Source: a virus
Length of the DNA stretch: 64,000 nucleotides
Reading direction: 5' to 3' (one strand)
Virus record (IMG/VR): IMGVR_UViG_3300043438_002264
Coordinates: 60,541 to 124,540 of that record
Shown: positions 9,685 through 19,727 of the stretch, piece by piece
Layout of the letters: each line of letters begins with the position of its first letter
Numbering within the stretch: the stretch's first letter is position 1
Notes under the pieces: model-generated
Seen by the model: only the letters and a program-made list of their open reading frames with translations
What the model was told of the DNA's origin: nothing
Databases searched by the model: none
Translations under genes and position numbers: made by a program

Positions 9685-12600
9685 TAGAACCTGTTGCTCC
9701 TTATTCTTTGAGAATCGATTCTACGAATCTGCCCCATAACTGTTTGTGCAATAGCATTTGGATCTGATACAGAAGACACATTTACACTCAAGTTATAATT
9801 ATACACTGAACTGTTGTCTGATATCGAAGGTACATTAATGTTTACTGGAGCAGAGTCAACTCCATAGTTGCCAGTTGTACCCTTAAAGCTTGGATTATTA
9901 AAAGATGGAATCATTCCATTATTAAGTTGTTCAAAGAACTTTGGTCCAAATTTTCTAACTGCTGGTCGTCTTATTACAAACTCTCCAGGAGTCAGCATTG
10001 CGGGGACGATATCTGATCCTAGAGGAGACCCTCCATTTGAGTAGTTAGCCATAATCTTGCCACCCATGGCCCTCTTAACCCACTGGACTCCATTCCAAAT
10101 AAACTGTCCTCCAGGCCCTACCTGACCAGGCTTATCTCCAGGCTTTTCTGGTCCAGGTCTTGTATTGCCAGGAGTTGGTTTAAATTCTGGATTAGGAGTT
10201 AAGATATTCTTTCCTGTTTCGCTACCTATCTTTACCCAAGACTTTCCATCCCAGACAAAGTTGCCCTGAGGACCAAGCTGTCCAACAAAAGACCCATCTT
10301 TTTCTGGTCCAGGTCTTGAACCTTCAAATCCTCCTGATCCTCCTGGCAACTGCATTCCCGCCATCTGCTGCAAGGTAGCCAAAGCTTCTTTAAGACTATC
10401 CGCATACTCTTTAGTAGAAAACTTTGCACTGTTAATCTTATTAACAAGATCATCATACTTTAGGCTTTGCAGCTTCAAGCTTGCCAAAGCCGTTTCTCTT
10501 TCAACCTCTATAAGCCTTACTCTTTCCCTTGCTGGCTCAAGCCTATCTTCTTCAATCGCAAATATTTCTTTTTCTTTTTTAAGAATATCTTCTTCAAGCT
10601 GCAACCTTGACTTGCCCTTTGAAGAACGTACAAAGCCTAGCTCTTTTTCTCTTGCTGACTCAAGAGCAGAAGACTGTCTTTCAAAAGCTTGCTCAGCCTG
10701 AGTTTCTCTTATATTTTGAACTGCTTGAGCCGCAGCTGAAAGGTCTCCTCTAGTGATAGCTTCTGCAAGTGATAGCTGTCCTTTTTGCTGATCAGAAATA
10801 TCAGAGTTTATGCGTCTTACTTTATCTAGAGCTTCTGCTCGTTTATCATACTTATCATTGATAGCATCTTCTTTCCAGCTTATCTCCTGAAGTCCTGCTT
10901 GGAAGTCATCTATTTGGAATTGTAAAGCAGCAATATCAGATTCAGCTGAACGTATTGCCGTCATGTCTCCAGATACTGCAAACTCAAAATTAATCTCAAC
11001 TCTTTCTGTTGCAGAGTCTATGCTTTCTTTTAAGAAGCTAGCAAGGCTTTCTGGGCTTATCTCCCTTATTGCTTTTTCTGCTTCTTTTGCAGAGTTAACG
11101 ATAGTCTTTAATTCTTCCCTGCCTTTTTTACCAAGTTTCATTGTTGCAATACCAGCAGCAAAGGCAGCATCCTCCACTGCACTGTAAGCATCTGAGGCAG
11201 CCATTCCAGCAGAGATTAGTCTTTCAGCCGCTATCTTTTGGTTTTTTGAATTTGCAATAGCTCTTTGCTGATCTATAACAAAACCACCGATAGAAATTTC
11301 ATTAAAGGTTTTTTGCAAAGCCTTTCCTTCATTGGTTAGCTTTGCTACACCCTTGCTAATTTTAAATAGCTTATTTTGTTCTGATTTATCTAAGCCTGAT
11401 ATAAAGCTTTGAAACTCTTCTGTTGTTCCTCCAGCTACAAGGGCGTTCATAGTGCCCTTAAAAGGCCTCATGTCTTTAGCCTTGCCCAACCACTTAGTTA
11501 GCTCCTTAAGGCCTCCTGTGGCCTTCACAGCGTCTTGGCGGAGCTCTTTAAGATCTGTTAGGACATTCTTGTAAGGGCTTTCTTTTTTAGTTCCACCTGT
11601 AGGGGTTTTCTCGGTGTCAATTTCACCAGTAGGATCTTTTGCTAGGTTTCCTGTAACATATTGCTCTGCATCTTCTCCCGCAATAATTGAAGCAACTTGC
11701 TCATCTGTAAGTTTGCTTTCAAAAGCTGGCTTTTGTGTATTTCTCCAGGCTTGAATCATATCAGGAGCTTTCAAAACTGTTTCATATTGAGTAGCATATA
11801 CCTGTGTGTAAACAACCTTTTGATCTGGTGGAAGATCTTTGTAGAAGTCGTCGAACTGTGCACCCTGCTCTGCAGTAATAATTTTTTGTTCTATAAGACT
11901 TTCTACATTGAGCATTCCTTTATTCTCTAGGTCTTTTAGCTTGTTAAATTTTTCCGTTAGCTCTGTTAGTTTATTTAAATTTTCTCCATAAAATTTCAAA
12001 ACAACTTCTGGCTCAATTGCATTGCCATCAAATGTTGCTATTTGGGTTAAGGTATCTACTGTATCTTTTGCCTGCTTTTCGCTTTTTCTATTGATGCTTA
12101 ATGAAATTTGATAAGCAACCTCTGGATCTTTTAATATTGCAAAAACTGTTTCAAGCTGGCCCAAAGACTGAGGCCCAACCTTTGTGCTTATGTCTGCTAA
12201 AACTGATAAAGTAGCCTGCCCCTTACCAGTAGTTGGATCAAACATTTTCATTAACCCATTAAAAGTTTCGGAATCTATGTTTCCTGCTGTAAGCTCTCCC
12301 AAAATTTGAAGCTTAACCTCTTGAAAGGCTGCCTCTTTTGCAATATTTTCTGCTCCAGTTAATCTGCCACCACCAGTAGCTCTAAGAGTCTTTGTAGAAA
12401 CATCTTGGCCAAATGCATTTTTGGCCACTACAGCTGAAGAGCCTTGTAACTTTCTAGCAGCTTCACCAACCTTTGGGTCTAAGCCTATTGCAGTGTTTGC
12501 TAGTTGTGATAAAATTCCTTGTTGGTTTGCAAAATCCGCTGCCGAAAAGTCTTTTTGCAACTTATAAATTTCTGATGTATAAGTCTCTATAAGTCCAGCT

Positions 12601-15600
12601 CTTTCAATTTGATACTTTTCTTCTAAAGCAAGAGCTTCATCGTATTTTCCTTCAGCATAAAGCTTATCAATATTTTTTAGATTTTCTACATCAAAAGCAT
12701 CAACTAGTTGTTGGTTTTCATCATAGAAATTAGCAACTATTCCAGCTGCTTCTCCTTCTAATTTTGCAACTCGTTCAGTATCCATCCACCAGAGTGGGCC
12801 AGCTTTATCTGTAAAGTCTTTTGACTGAAGAATTCCTCCTGCTCCAGCGATGCCAGAGGTTGACCCTTTGACAAACTCTGTGTAAATCTTTATAGTGTTT
12901 CCTTCTAACAACTTTCCGTCTGGTCCAATAATTGATTGAATTGACGCATTTATGTTTGCAGTTACATTGTAGTCGTTTAGCTTTTGCCCTAAAGAATTTG
13001 CTATGCTCTTTGCTTGCTCTGGACTTAATACTCCTGTGGCTACGGCTGTGGTTAGTTTTTTCTGTAAAGATTCTATAGCCTTAGATCGTCCAAATTTTTC
13101 TGTTTGATTTTCAAATTCAGAAAGCATTCCTTGGCCAGCTTCTGATTGAACAAACGACTGGCCAAAAGTTGTCTTTCCTGTCTGTACAGTAAATGGAGAA
13201 AATTGCTGTTGCCTTCTTTTTTCCATAAATTCAGATGGCGTTACTGTTCCTGCAGCTTCAGCAAACCTTGACATTGCATCTTTACCAGAACTTAGCGATC
13301 TAGTTGCATCGAACGATTCTTTTCTAATGTTTTGTAAAGCTATTTGAACAGCTACAAAACCGCCAACAACGGCTGCAAGAGCAGCAACAACTAGTCCGAC
13401 TTTGCTTGCTAGCATTGGAGCTATCATAGAAAGCATCATCACTGGCATCATTAGCTGATTTGCAATTTCTCCAATTTGTCCACCAACCATGGATCCGCCA
13501 ATTACACCAACCATTGCAGCTGCTCCTACCCCGCCAGCAACTTTTCCTCCCATACCTCGCATCTTAGATTGACGAGCTAACCGCTTTTCTTCTTTAGTCG
13601 CTAGGCGTGTCTTTTCTTCTGCAACTTTTTGTTCGTCAACAAGTCTAGCTTTTGTCTCAGCCACTCTTCTTTGTTTTTCTGCAGCTTCATTCTTTTTTCT
13701 TTGTGCCCGAAGTTTTGCCTGCTCATCCTTTGTAGCCTTATCCCAGTCTTTTGAGGACATCCCATAAGCTTGACTAATGCCAGAAGATCTTCTATCTGGA
13801 GTTTGCCCCTCTGGAAAACCATCCGCAAATCCTGGAAGTCTTGGGAAATTACTTGACCCTAATGTAGCAAGCCTTCCTATTCCAGGAAGCATAACTCCCC
13901 TACCCCGCATTAACTCTCTGTTTGTTTTTTTAGTTAGAATTGTTTCCCCAGGAGTTACTGCAGCCATTCGTGTATCTGATGCTGAGCCACCAGATACCCT
14001 AGCCCCAGCTGGAACCTTTTCATCTGATCCACCGATAGTTTGAGACTGCCTCCTTTTGTCCTCAATAACGTTTTCGCCTATAAGTTGAGAATAAGTCCTT
14101 AGACCTCTATCGTAAAGGTTGCGTTCAAATCTTCGATCTAAAAGCTTTCTGGTTAGTATGGCCTGATATTTTCCTTCTCTAACCTTACTGTTTCTGCTGT
14201 TTTTTGACCATACCTTTTCATCAAATGTTGTAATTGCTTTAAGGGTTGCAGCTGCAGCTTTGGTTTTTGGATGATCACCAGACACTAGTTTTTCAAGCTC
14301 TTTTCGATCTTTAATTTTTAATCGTCTTAGCTGTCCATCACTTAAAGACATTAGGTGTTTTCCTAGGTTTCCGCTTACTCTATTTAGGTAATTATTTAGA
14401 CCACCAACGTCTGGACCTATCTTAGATATATCTTTCCAGTCTTTAATGCCGTCGCCTTTTGCCGCAAAGTGTGATGCATCAATTTTTGTAAATCTTGCAA
14501 GCTGGCTGTTAGAAATACCTAGCTTTTTAGCCTCAGCTTCTAAAAATTTTATTTCGTCATTAAAGAGTCCTGATTTAATAACACTACCAGTTAAAGTTCC
14601 AACTCCCGAACCTGAACCTCCAGAAATTGTGTATTCGTGTCTTTTTCCACTTGAGGTAGCAGTATTGTTAACTCTAGAAGGAGTTAAAATTTGTTCTCTG
14701 TCAGAAAGATCTGTTAGCCTTCTTAAAATGCTCTCATCTGGTCTTCCGCTTACTCGCATTGCTTCAATAGTCTCTGGAAGTTTTTTAGCATTTCTTTCAG
14801 CAAATCTACCTCTAGTTTTAAATCTTTTGCCCAAGAATTCAACCCAATGTTCTCCATCGGTACTGCCACTAATTGCTTTTGATCCTTGACTATACCCAGG
14901 AACACCCATCTTTTTAAATAGTCTTGCAACAAAGCCAGATCCAACAACACGAACTGACCCCATGCCTGCAGCCCTTAACTCTTGTTTTAGCTGTTTTGCA
15001 ATGGCTGGGTCACGAGCAATAATTTTGTCAATTTCTTTAAATGCAAATCCGCCAGGAGTATAGGTCTCTATGTATGGTGGTTTTGGATTAGTTGTAAAGC
15101 TGTTTCCACCAGTTGGGATATTTCCAAATGGCTGTCCAAATCTTCCAAATTGAGCTGCTTGTGACTGACTTCTTGTTGCCCCACGCATTGGTGCTGGAGA
15201 ACTTGATAAGTTTCTGTTTCTAGAATAATCTAAAAGAATATCTCCAGCATAAGCAGATGATCTTTTGGCTACAGATCCCTTTGTTATTAAGGAAAGATCT
15301 CCGTATCTATCTAGCTTAGATGATCTTGGGTTCATTGCTCCTGAAGCTCTTGCTCCAGTTTTTCCAAAAAGAAGTGTGTTTAAAATTGTTTGAAGAGGTG
15401 ATGATGAAGCAAACCCATATGTTGGACGTTGACCTGCTGAGGTAGAGCCTGGCAGGCCAAAAACATCTTGCTCTAATTTAGTTCTTAATTGCTTTTGCTT
15501 AGGCTTCTTTAGTCCATATTTACTTAAGAAGTCGTCTCCAGTTCCTGTAGCAAAACCACTTTGATACTTTTTGTTTCCAGATGCTAGTGCCTGAGAAAAA

Positions 15601-17816
15601 GCCTGAGATTGCATCCTAACGCCAACATTTGATCTTCCAAGCATTGAAGCAAATGGATTTCTACCAATTCTAAATCCAGGAACGTTGTCTGAAATAAGAG
15701 AAGAAATAATTCCGCTGTATTTCTTTGATTGCTTAGCTGGAATAACTGCTTCTCCTGGGGAAAGCATTGCTGGAACAACATCTCCAGCCCCCTTTGGTCC
15801 AGGAACAGACAGAACTCCAGAGGCATACTTTTTAGGAGCTCTTGTCCTTCCAATTACACCACCACTCATGGCTGTTTGAGCTGCCAAGGATCTTCTGTAT
15901 GCAGCTGTCAAGGCATCTACGGCACCAGCTTCTGAGGTAAAAGTCTGCCTTAGTGTTTGGTGTACCTGGTTCAAGGATGAGGCTACTGCAGCAGCTTCAA
16001 GCTGTTGCTGAGTCATATACTCTGTTTGTAATCCTAGCTGTGTGCTAGAGCTTGCTGCTTTATTCATTGCAGTTTTAAAGAATACAAATCCTTTTATTAC
16101 GTTTGCAACACCGTTAGCAATAAGACCAAAGCCCATTAAGAATACTGGACCAATTACTCCAGCAATTGCTGTTAAGCCCACAACAAACTGTTTAGCTCCA
16201 GCATCCAGTTCATTAAACTTTTCAAGAATCTTTGTTCCAAATTCTAGAACTGGAGTTACAGCCTTTAAGAATGCCTCTCCAAGAGGAACAAGTGTGACCT
16301 TGATATCTTCAACAGCTTTTTGGAACTTAAACATTGGAGAGTCTTCAACTTTTTTCAACTCTCGCTCAGAAAGGATTGCTAGCTCTTCAGTAGTTGCATT
16401 TGCTAGCTTTAAAACACGACTAGCTTGGTTACCTTCTTTAATAACGTTTTGGAACAATGTAGATAGACGTGCAAACTGGAACTTACCAAATAGCTGTTCA
16501 ATTGCCTGTGCACGATTTAGCGGGTCTAAGGTATCTAAAGCCTTAGCAAAATCTATTACAATTCCTTTAACGTTCCCCTTGTTTGCTTCAACAATACCCT
16601 TAAGATTAATCCCAAATCCTTGAAGCATTTCTGCAGCTTTACCAGTTGGGTTAATCATGGATGCAAGACCAGACTTTAGTGCGTTTGCACCTTCTGAAGC
16701 ATTAATGCCTCCCTCACGCATGGCGGTGAGGAAGAAGGTCAGGTCTTGAACATCTCCACCAAGCTGCTGAACTACTGGACCAGCTTTTGGAATAGCAATT
16801 GTAAGATCTTCAATAGAAGTAACCGTTTGGTTTTCAACAGCGTTTAGGAAGTCAATCTTACCTGCTAGATCTTCTGCAGAAACTCCAAATGCGTCTGTTA
16901 ATGATATTGTAGCTTTAAGGGCTTCTGCTTGCTCTACCCCACCCAAAACAGCAAGGCGTGTAGATTCTGCAACTTGAGCAGTTAGGTCTGCACCCATTTT
17001 ACCAGTAGCAGCAATGTCAGCAGCTAGCTCCATGGTTTTTGATACAGCTATGCCATACCTTGTAAACTCATTAGCAAGGTCTTTTATTTCTGCTAAAGCT
17101 TTGTTTGTTTGTTCTGTTGTAGTAAACAACTCTCCATAAACACGTTTAAACCTAATAGCCTGTTTTTCCATGTCCATGAATGTTTTTGATGCAACGCTAC
17201 CAAACATTACTAGAGGAATTGTAAAACCAACCATAAGCTGACGTCCAGCCCACTGGGTATTCTTACCAAAGTTTAGAAGATTGGTTGAGCCTTGCTTTAA
17301 CATTTGGTTTAGCAAAGCTTGACGTTGAGCAGCAATCTGAGTTTTTGTTCCCAGACTTTCCATATCTAAAGCAAGCGGTCTAACTGCAATTGCTTTTATT
17401 GCACCGTTTGCATCACGGCCCATTCTAATGTACTGGGTCTGAAGGTCTTTGACACGTTCACGTGCGACCTTGTTTATTGTATCAAATTCAGTTCTAAAGA
17501 ATCTACCAAAAGTTTTTGTTGCAGCACCAGAGTATCTAAAATACTCTCGCATAGAAAGCTTATTTTTTTCTAATGCGTTTGTAAAGGACTCTGTGGTAGA
17601 TTTTACATTTTTTATAGTTGCAGAGAATTGGCCAGTTCTGTTTATACTATTAAGCAGTCCCTGCTGCAAATTCATGGAGGTGGCAGCGGCAGCTGCACCA
17701 CCCTTGGCCATATTAGTATGGAAGGCTGAAATCTGCCGTTGAAGATTCTTGATACTTGCCAATGCGGCAGCGGTATCAATATCAACTCTTATATTGGCAT
17801 TGGCGTCTTCAGCCAT
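9684..17816 (-). CDS. Tail tape measure protein (TP901-like core) with internal cargo domains
   Basis: 2710 aa, helical Ala-rich tape-measure core (GGINASEGANALKSGL...LFGK), hydrophobic segments, D(I/V)VPAML(T/S)PGE motifs, position after the tail chaperones. Confidence 0.92.
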   Translation of the reverse strand: MAEDANANIRVDIDTAAALASIKNLQRQISAFHTNMAKGGAAAAATSMNLQQGLLNSINRTGQFSATIKNVKSTTESFTNALEKNKLSMREYFRYSGAATKTFGRFFRTEFDTINKVARERVKDLQTQYIRMGRDANGAIKAIAVRPLALDMESLGTKTQIAAQRQALLNQMLKQGSTNLLNFGKNTQWAGRQLMVGFTIPLVMFGSVASKTFMDMEKQAIRFKRVYGELFTTTEQTNKALAEIKDLANEFTRYGIAVSKTMELAADIAATGKMGADLTAQVAESTRLAVLGGVEQAEALKATISLTDAFGVSAEDLAGKIDFLNAVENQTVTSIEDLTIAIPKAGPVVQQLGGDVQDLTFFLTAMREGGINASEGANALKSGLASMINPTGKAAEMLQGFGINLKGIVEANKGNVKGIVIDFAKALDTLDPLNRAQAIEQLFGKFQFARLSTLFQNVIKEGNQASRVLKLANATTEELAILSERELKKVEDSPMFKFQKAVEDIKVTLVPLGEAFLKAVTPVLEFGTKILEKFNELDAGAKQFVVGLTAIAGVIGPVFLMGFGLIANGVANVIKGFVFFKTAMNKAASSSTQLGLQTEYMTQQQLEAAAVASSLNQVHQTLRQTFTSEAGAVDALTAAYRRSLAAQTAMSGGVIGRTRAPKKYASGVLSVPGPKGAGDVVPAMLSPGEAVIPAKQSKKYSGIISSLISDNVPGFRIGRNPFASMLGRSNVGVRMQSQAFSQALASGNKKYQSGFATGTGDDFLSKYGLKKPKQKQLRTKLEQDVFGLPGSTSAGQRPTYGFASSSPLQTILNTLLFGKTGARASGAMNPRSSKLDRYGDLSLITKGSVAKRSSAYAGDILLDYSRNRNLSSSPAPMRGATRSQSQAAQFGRFGQPFGNIPTGGNSFTTNPKPPYIETYTPGGFAFKEIDKIIARDPAIAKQLKQELRAAGMGSVRVVGSGFVARLFKKMGVPGYSQGSKAISGSTDGEHWVEFLGKRFKTRGRFAERNAKKLPETIEAMRVSGRPDESILRRLTDLSDREQILTPSRVNNTATSSGKRHEYTISGGSGSGVGTLTGSVIKSGLFNDEIKFLEAEAKKLGISNSQLARFTKIDASHFAAKGDGIKDWKDISKIGPDVGGLNNYLNRVSGNLGKHLMSLSDGQLRRLKIKDRKELEKLVSGDHPKTKAAAATLKAITTFDEKVWSKNSRNSKVREGKYQAILTRKLLDRRFERNLYDRGLRTYSQLIGENVIEDKRRQSQTIGGSDEKVPAGARVSGGSASDTRMAAVTPGETILTKKTNRELMRGRGVMLPGIGRLATLGSSNFPRLPGFADGFPEGQTPDRRSSGISQAYGMSSKDWDKATKDEQAKLRAQRKKNEAAEKQRRVAETKARLVDEQKVAEEKTRLATKEEKRLARQSKMRGMGGKVAGGVGAAAMVGVIGGSMVGGQIGEIANQLMMPVMMLSMIAPMLASKVGLVVAALAAVVGGFVAVQIALQNIRKESFDATRSLSSGKDAMSRFAEAAGTVTPSEFMEKRRQQQFSPFTVQTGKTTFGQSFVQSEAGQGMLSEFENQTEKFGRSKAIESLQKKLTTAVATGVLSPEQAKSIANSLGQKLNDYNVTANINASIQSIIGPDGKLLEGNTIKIYTEFVKGSTSGIAGAGGILQSKDFTDKAGPLWWMDTERVAKLEGEAAGIVANFYDENQQLVDAFDVENLKNIDKLYAEGKYDEALALEEKYQIERAGLIETYTSEIYKLQKDFSAADFANQQGILSQLANTAIGLDPKVGEAARKLQGSSAVVAKNAFGQDVSTKTLRATGGGRLTGAENIAKEAAFQEVKLQILGELTAGNIDSETFNGLMKMFDPTTGKGQATLSVLADISTKVGPQSLGQLETVFAILKDPEVAYQISLSINRKSEKQAKDTVDTLTQIATFDGNAIEPEVVLKFYGENLNKLTELTEKFNKLKDLENKGMLNVESLIEQKIITAEQGAQFDDFYKDLPPDQKVVYTQVYATQYETVLKAPDMIQAWRNTQKPAFESKLTDEQVASIIAGEDAEQYVTGNLAKDPTGEIDTEKTPTGGTKKESPYKNVLTDLKELRQDAVKATGGLKELTKWLGKAKDMRPFKGTMNALVAGGTTEEFQSFISGLDKSEQNKLFKISKGVAKLTNEGKALQKTFNEISIGGFVIDQQRAIANSKNQKIAAERLISAGMAASDAYSAVEDAAFAAGIATMKLGKKGREELKTIVNSAKEAEKAIREISPESLASFLKESIDSATERVEINFEFAVSGDMTAIRSAESDIAALQFQIDDFQAGLQEISWKEDAINDKYDKRAEALDKVRRINSDISDQQKGQLSLAEAITRGDLSAAAQAVQNIRETQAEQAFERQSSALESAREKELGFVRSSKGKSRLQLEEDILKKEKEIFAIEEDRLEPARERVRLIEVERETALASLKLQSLKYDDLVNKINSAKFSTKEYADSLKEALATLQQMAGMQLPGGSGGFEGSRPGPEKDGSFVGQLGPQGNFVWDGKSWVKIGSETGKNILTPNPEFKPTPGNTRPGPEKPGDKPGQVGPGGQFIWNGVQWVKRAMGGKIMANYSNGGSPLGSDIVPAMLTPGEFVIRRPAVRKFGPKFFEQLNNGMIPSFNNPSFKGTTGNYGVDSAPVNINVPSISDNSSVYNYNLSVNVSSVSDPNAIAQTVMGQIRRIDSQRIRSNRF

Positions 17817-17834
17817 CCATTAACACCTCTTTAT

Positions 17835-18158
17835 TTAGTTGCTAACAAGACCGTTAAGAGAAACTTCTCCAAGCTTAACGCCTGATGCTTCCTCAACAAT
17901 CTTGTAAACTGTAGGGAGATCTAGAATCTCCTCTAAAGCCTTTAAATCTTCAGCCAGTTCTGGCTTGTACTGCTTCATTGCGATTTGAACACAGTCCATC
18001 AAAATACTCATTGACTTGTCGTTATCCTCTGCAACTTCTGCAATACCCTCAAACTTCTTCATAAAAGGACGAAGCAAAGAAATCTTCAAGGGACGAACCT
18101 TGATCTCTGTTCCGTCAATTAGCTTAATTGTCTTTTCTTCGTATACTTCTGTGCTCAT
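17835..18158 (-). CDS. Tail assembly chaperone (G-like, short)
   Basis: Between major tail protein and tape measure; paralogous to the N-terminus of 18212-18913. Confidence 0.7.
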   Translation of the reverse strand: MSTEVYEEKTIKLIDGTEIKVRPLKISLLRPFMKKFEGIAEVAEDNDKSMSILMDCVQIAMKQYKPELAEDLKALEEILDLPTVYKIVEEASGVKLGEVSLNGLVSN

Positions 18159-18211
18159 ATTATTTTAGTCCTTCCGCTATGAGGCTTTACCTATTATAAC
18201 ATAAAAGGCTT

Positions 18212-18913
18212 TTAATTTATAGGCTTTTTGGTTAAATCTTCGTATCCAAGGCCCATCCCAATACCAAATCCTGCCTTTTGAGCATTAACCCCCTGTAGGG
18301 CAAGAACATCGTTTGCATTGGCAGCTTTACCACCACTAAAGACTTTGGCCTTCATTTCTTCCCATTTATTACCAGAACTATTCCCATTATTTTTATCTAA
18401 ATCTACCCCTTGCATTGCTGCAAGAAACTTTTTTTCCTGATAGTCTAAGTCTCTTTTAGATTCAAGAGTTAGCATTAGTTCTGGCATAGATAAAGATATC
18501 TCAAGCTCTTCATAATCTTTCCAAATACCAAGCAAAAATAGCTCAGCTTCAAGCTTTGCCAAATCTAGTTTTTCCCAAGAAGATCCGCTGTCTTCTGCCT
18601 GCTGCTTTACTGGATTTTCAGATTTTCCATCAATTTTTATTCCAGCAGCAATGTCTAAAATTTTATAGATTGTTGGCAAATTAACGCTGTCTTCTAGTTC
18701 TGATATAGTTGATATTTTAGGATAGTATTGCCTCATTGCTATTGCTGCACAATTTGACAAAAAGATAATAGCTTCTTCATCATTGTCAGCTGTTTTTACA
18801 AGCTCAAAAGCCTCCATAAACTGTCTTAAATATTTTATTTTTAGCGGTACCAGAGTTAGTTCTGTGCCATCTATAAGAGTAATGTTTTTTGATTCATATG
18901 CTTCTGTTGCCAT
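18212..18913 (-). CDS. Tail assembly chaperone (GT-like, long)
   Basis: Start reassigned to ATG 18913 (6 nt after TATACT); N-terminal half paralogous to 17835-18158, plus a C-terminal extension. Confidence 0.65.
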   Translation of the reverse strand: MATEAYESKNITLIDGTELTLVPLKIKYLRQFMEAFELVKTADNDEEAIIFLSNCAAIAMRQYYPKISTISELEDSVNLPTIYKILDIAAGIKIDGKSENPVKQQAEDSGSSWEKLDLAKLEAELFLLGIWKDYEELEISLSMPELMLTLESKRDLDYQEKKFLAAMQGVDLDKNNGNSSGNKWEEMKAKVFSGGKAANANDVLALQGVNAQKAGFGIGMGLGYEDLTKKPIN

Positions 18914-18929
18914 ATTATAAGTATACCGC

Positions 18930-18968
18930 AAAAACAAAACTGCCCAGCCTAAAAAGACTGGACAGCTT
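18930..18968 (-). terminator. Putative intrinsic terminator after the major tail gene
   Basis: Imperfect inverted repeat ctgcccag...ctggacag followed by TTTTGTTTTT on the minus strand. Confidence 0.55.
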
Positions 18969-18992
18969 CGTGTTATTAAGTTATATATTAAA

Positions 18993-19661
18993 TTATGATA
19001 CTGCTGGGATAGTGCGGTCTACGATCTTACCGTATGATGCATCATCGTTTGGTAGCAAACGGAATGAAACTTCGTACATTGTAGGCTCGTCACGCTTTGC
19101 AGATACTGTAACACTCTCAATTGAAAGTGCACGGTATGCTACATAGATACGCTCAATCTGCTCGTCTGGGTTACAGTCACCTGTACCTGGACCAACAGCT
19201 ACGAGTCCACGCTCTACTGGACACTCACCAATGTCACCTGCTGTTAGGTTTAGGGTTGGAGATCCAGCCTTAATACCTGTAGCACCTGCACTTGCGGTTA
19301 GGTCATCGTCCTTACCAGCTAGTGAGAATAGCAAGTTCTCTAGTGTTGCCTCAGCAAAAGCAGTGTTCAGGTTAACCTGCATACCCTGCTTGTATAGCTT
19401 TGCAACGTCAAGAACCTGGTCAACCTGTACCTCACCGAAGTCAGGCTGGAACTGTAGCTCTAGACCATTCATTGTGTAACCTACGTTACGGTAGTCTGCG
19501 TCATTTGCTAAAGTCTCACGGTAAGTTCCTGTTGTGTTTCCAACAGTTCCTTCAGCCTGGTAGGCTGGAAGATCTGCATCCGTCAATACACCTGCTTCGT
19601 ATGTAAACAAAGCGGCTGCACCAACGATAATGTTGGTACTTGTACCTCTTGTATATGCCAT
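18993..19661 (-). CDS. Major tail tube protein
   Basis: MAYTRG...NVGYTMNGLELQFQPDFGEVQVDQ...EATLENL; GAGGTG RBS upstream. Confidence 0.85.
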   Translation of the reverse strand: MAYTRGTSTNIIVGAAALFTYEAGVLTDADLPAYQAEGTVGNTTGTYRETLANDADYRNVGYTMNGLELQFQPDFGEVQVDQVLDVAKLYKQGMQVNLNTAFAEATLENLLFSLAGKDDDLTASAGATGIKAGSPTLNLTAGDIGECPVERGLVAVGPGTGDCNPDEQIERIYVAYRALSIESVTVSAKRDEPTMYEVSFRLLPNDDASYGKIVDRTIPAVS

Positions 19662-19727
19662 GTAATTCACCTCTTTTTCTTAGAAATAGGGGGCTTGTTT
19701 CCTCAAAATTAAGTATACCAGTCTATT

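Noticed and set aside
10232-17742. Many ORF-track calls antisense or out of frame within the tape measure (also within capsid, protease, portal and fibre genes)
   Set aside because: Shadow ORFs of long genes, with no RBS or recognisable motifs
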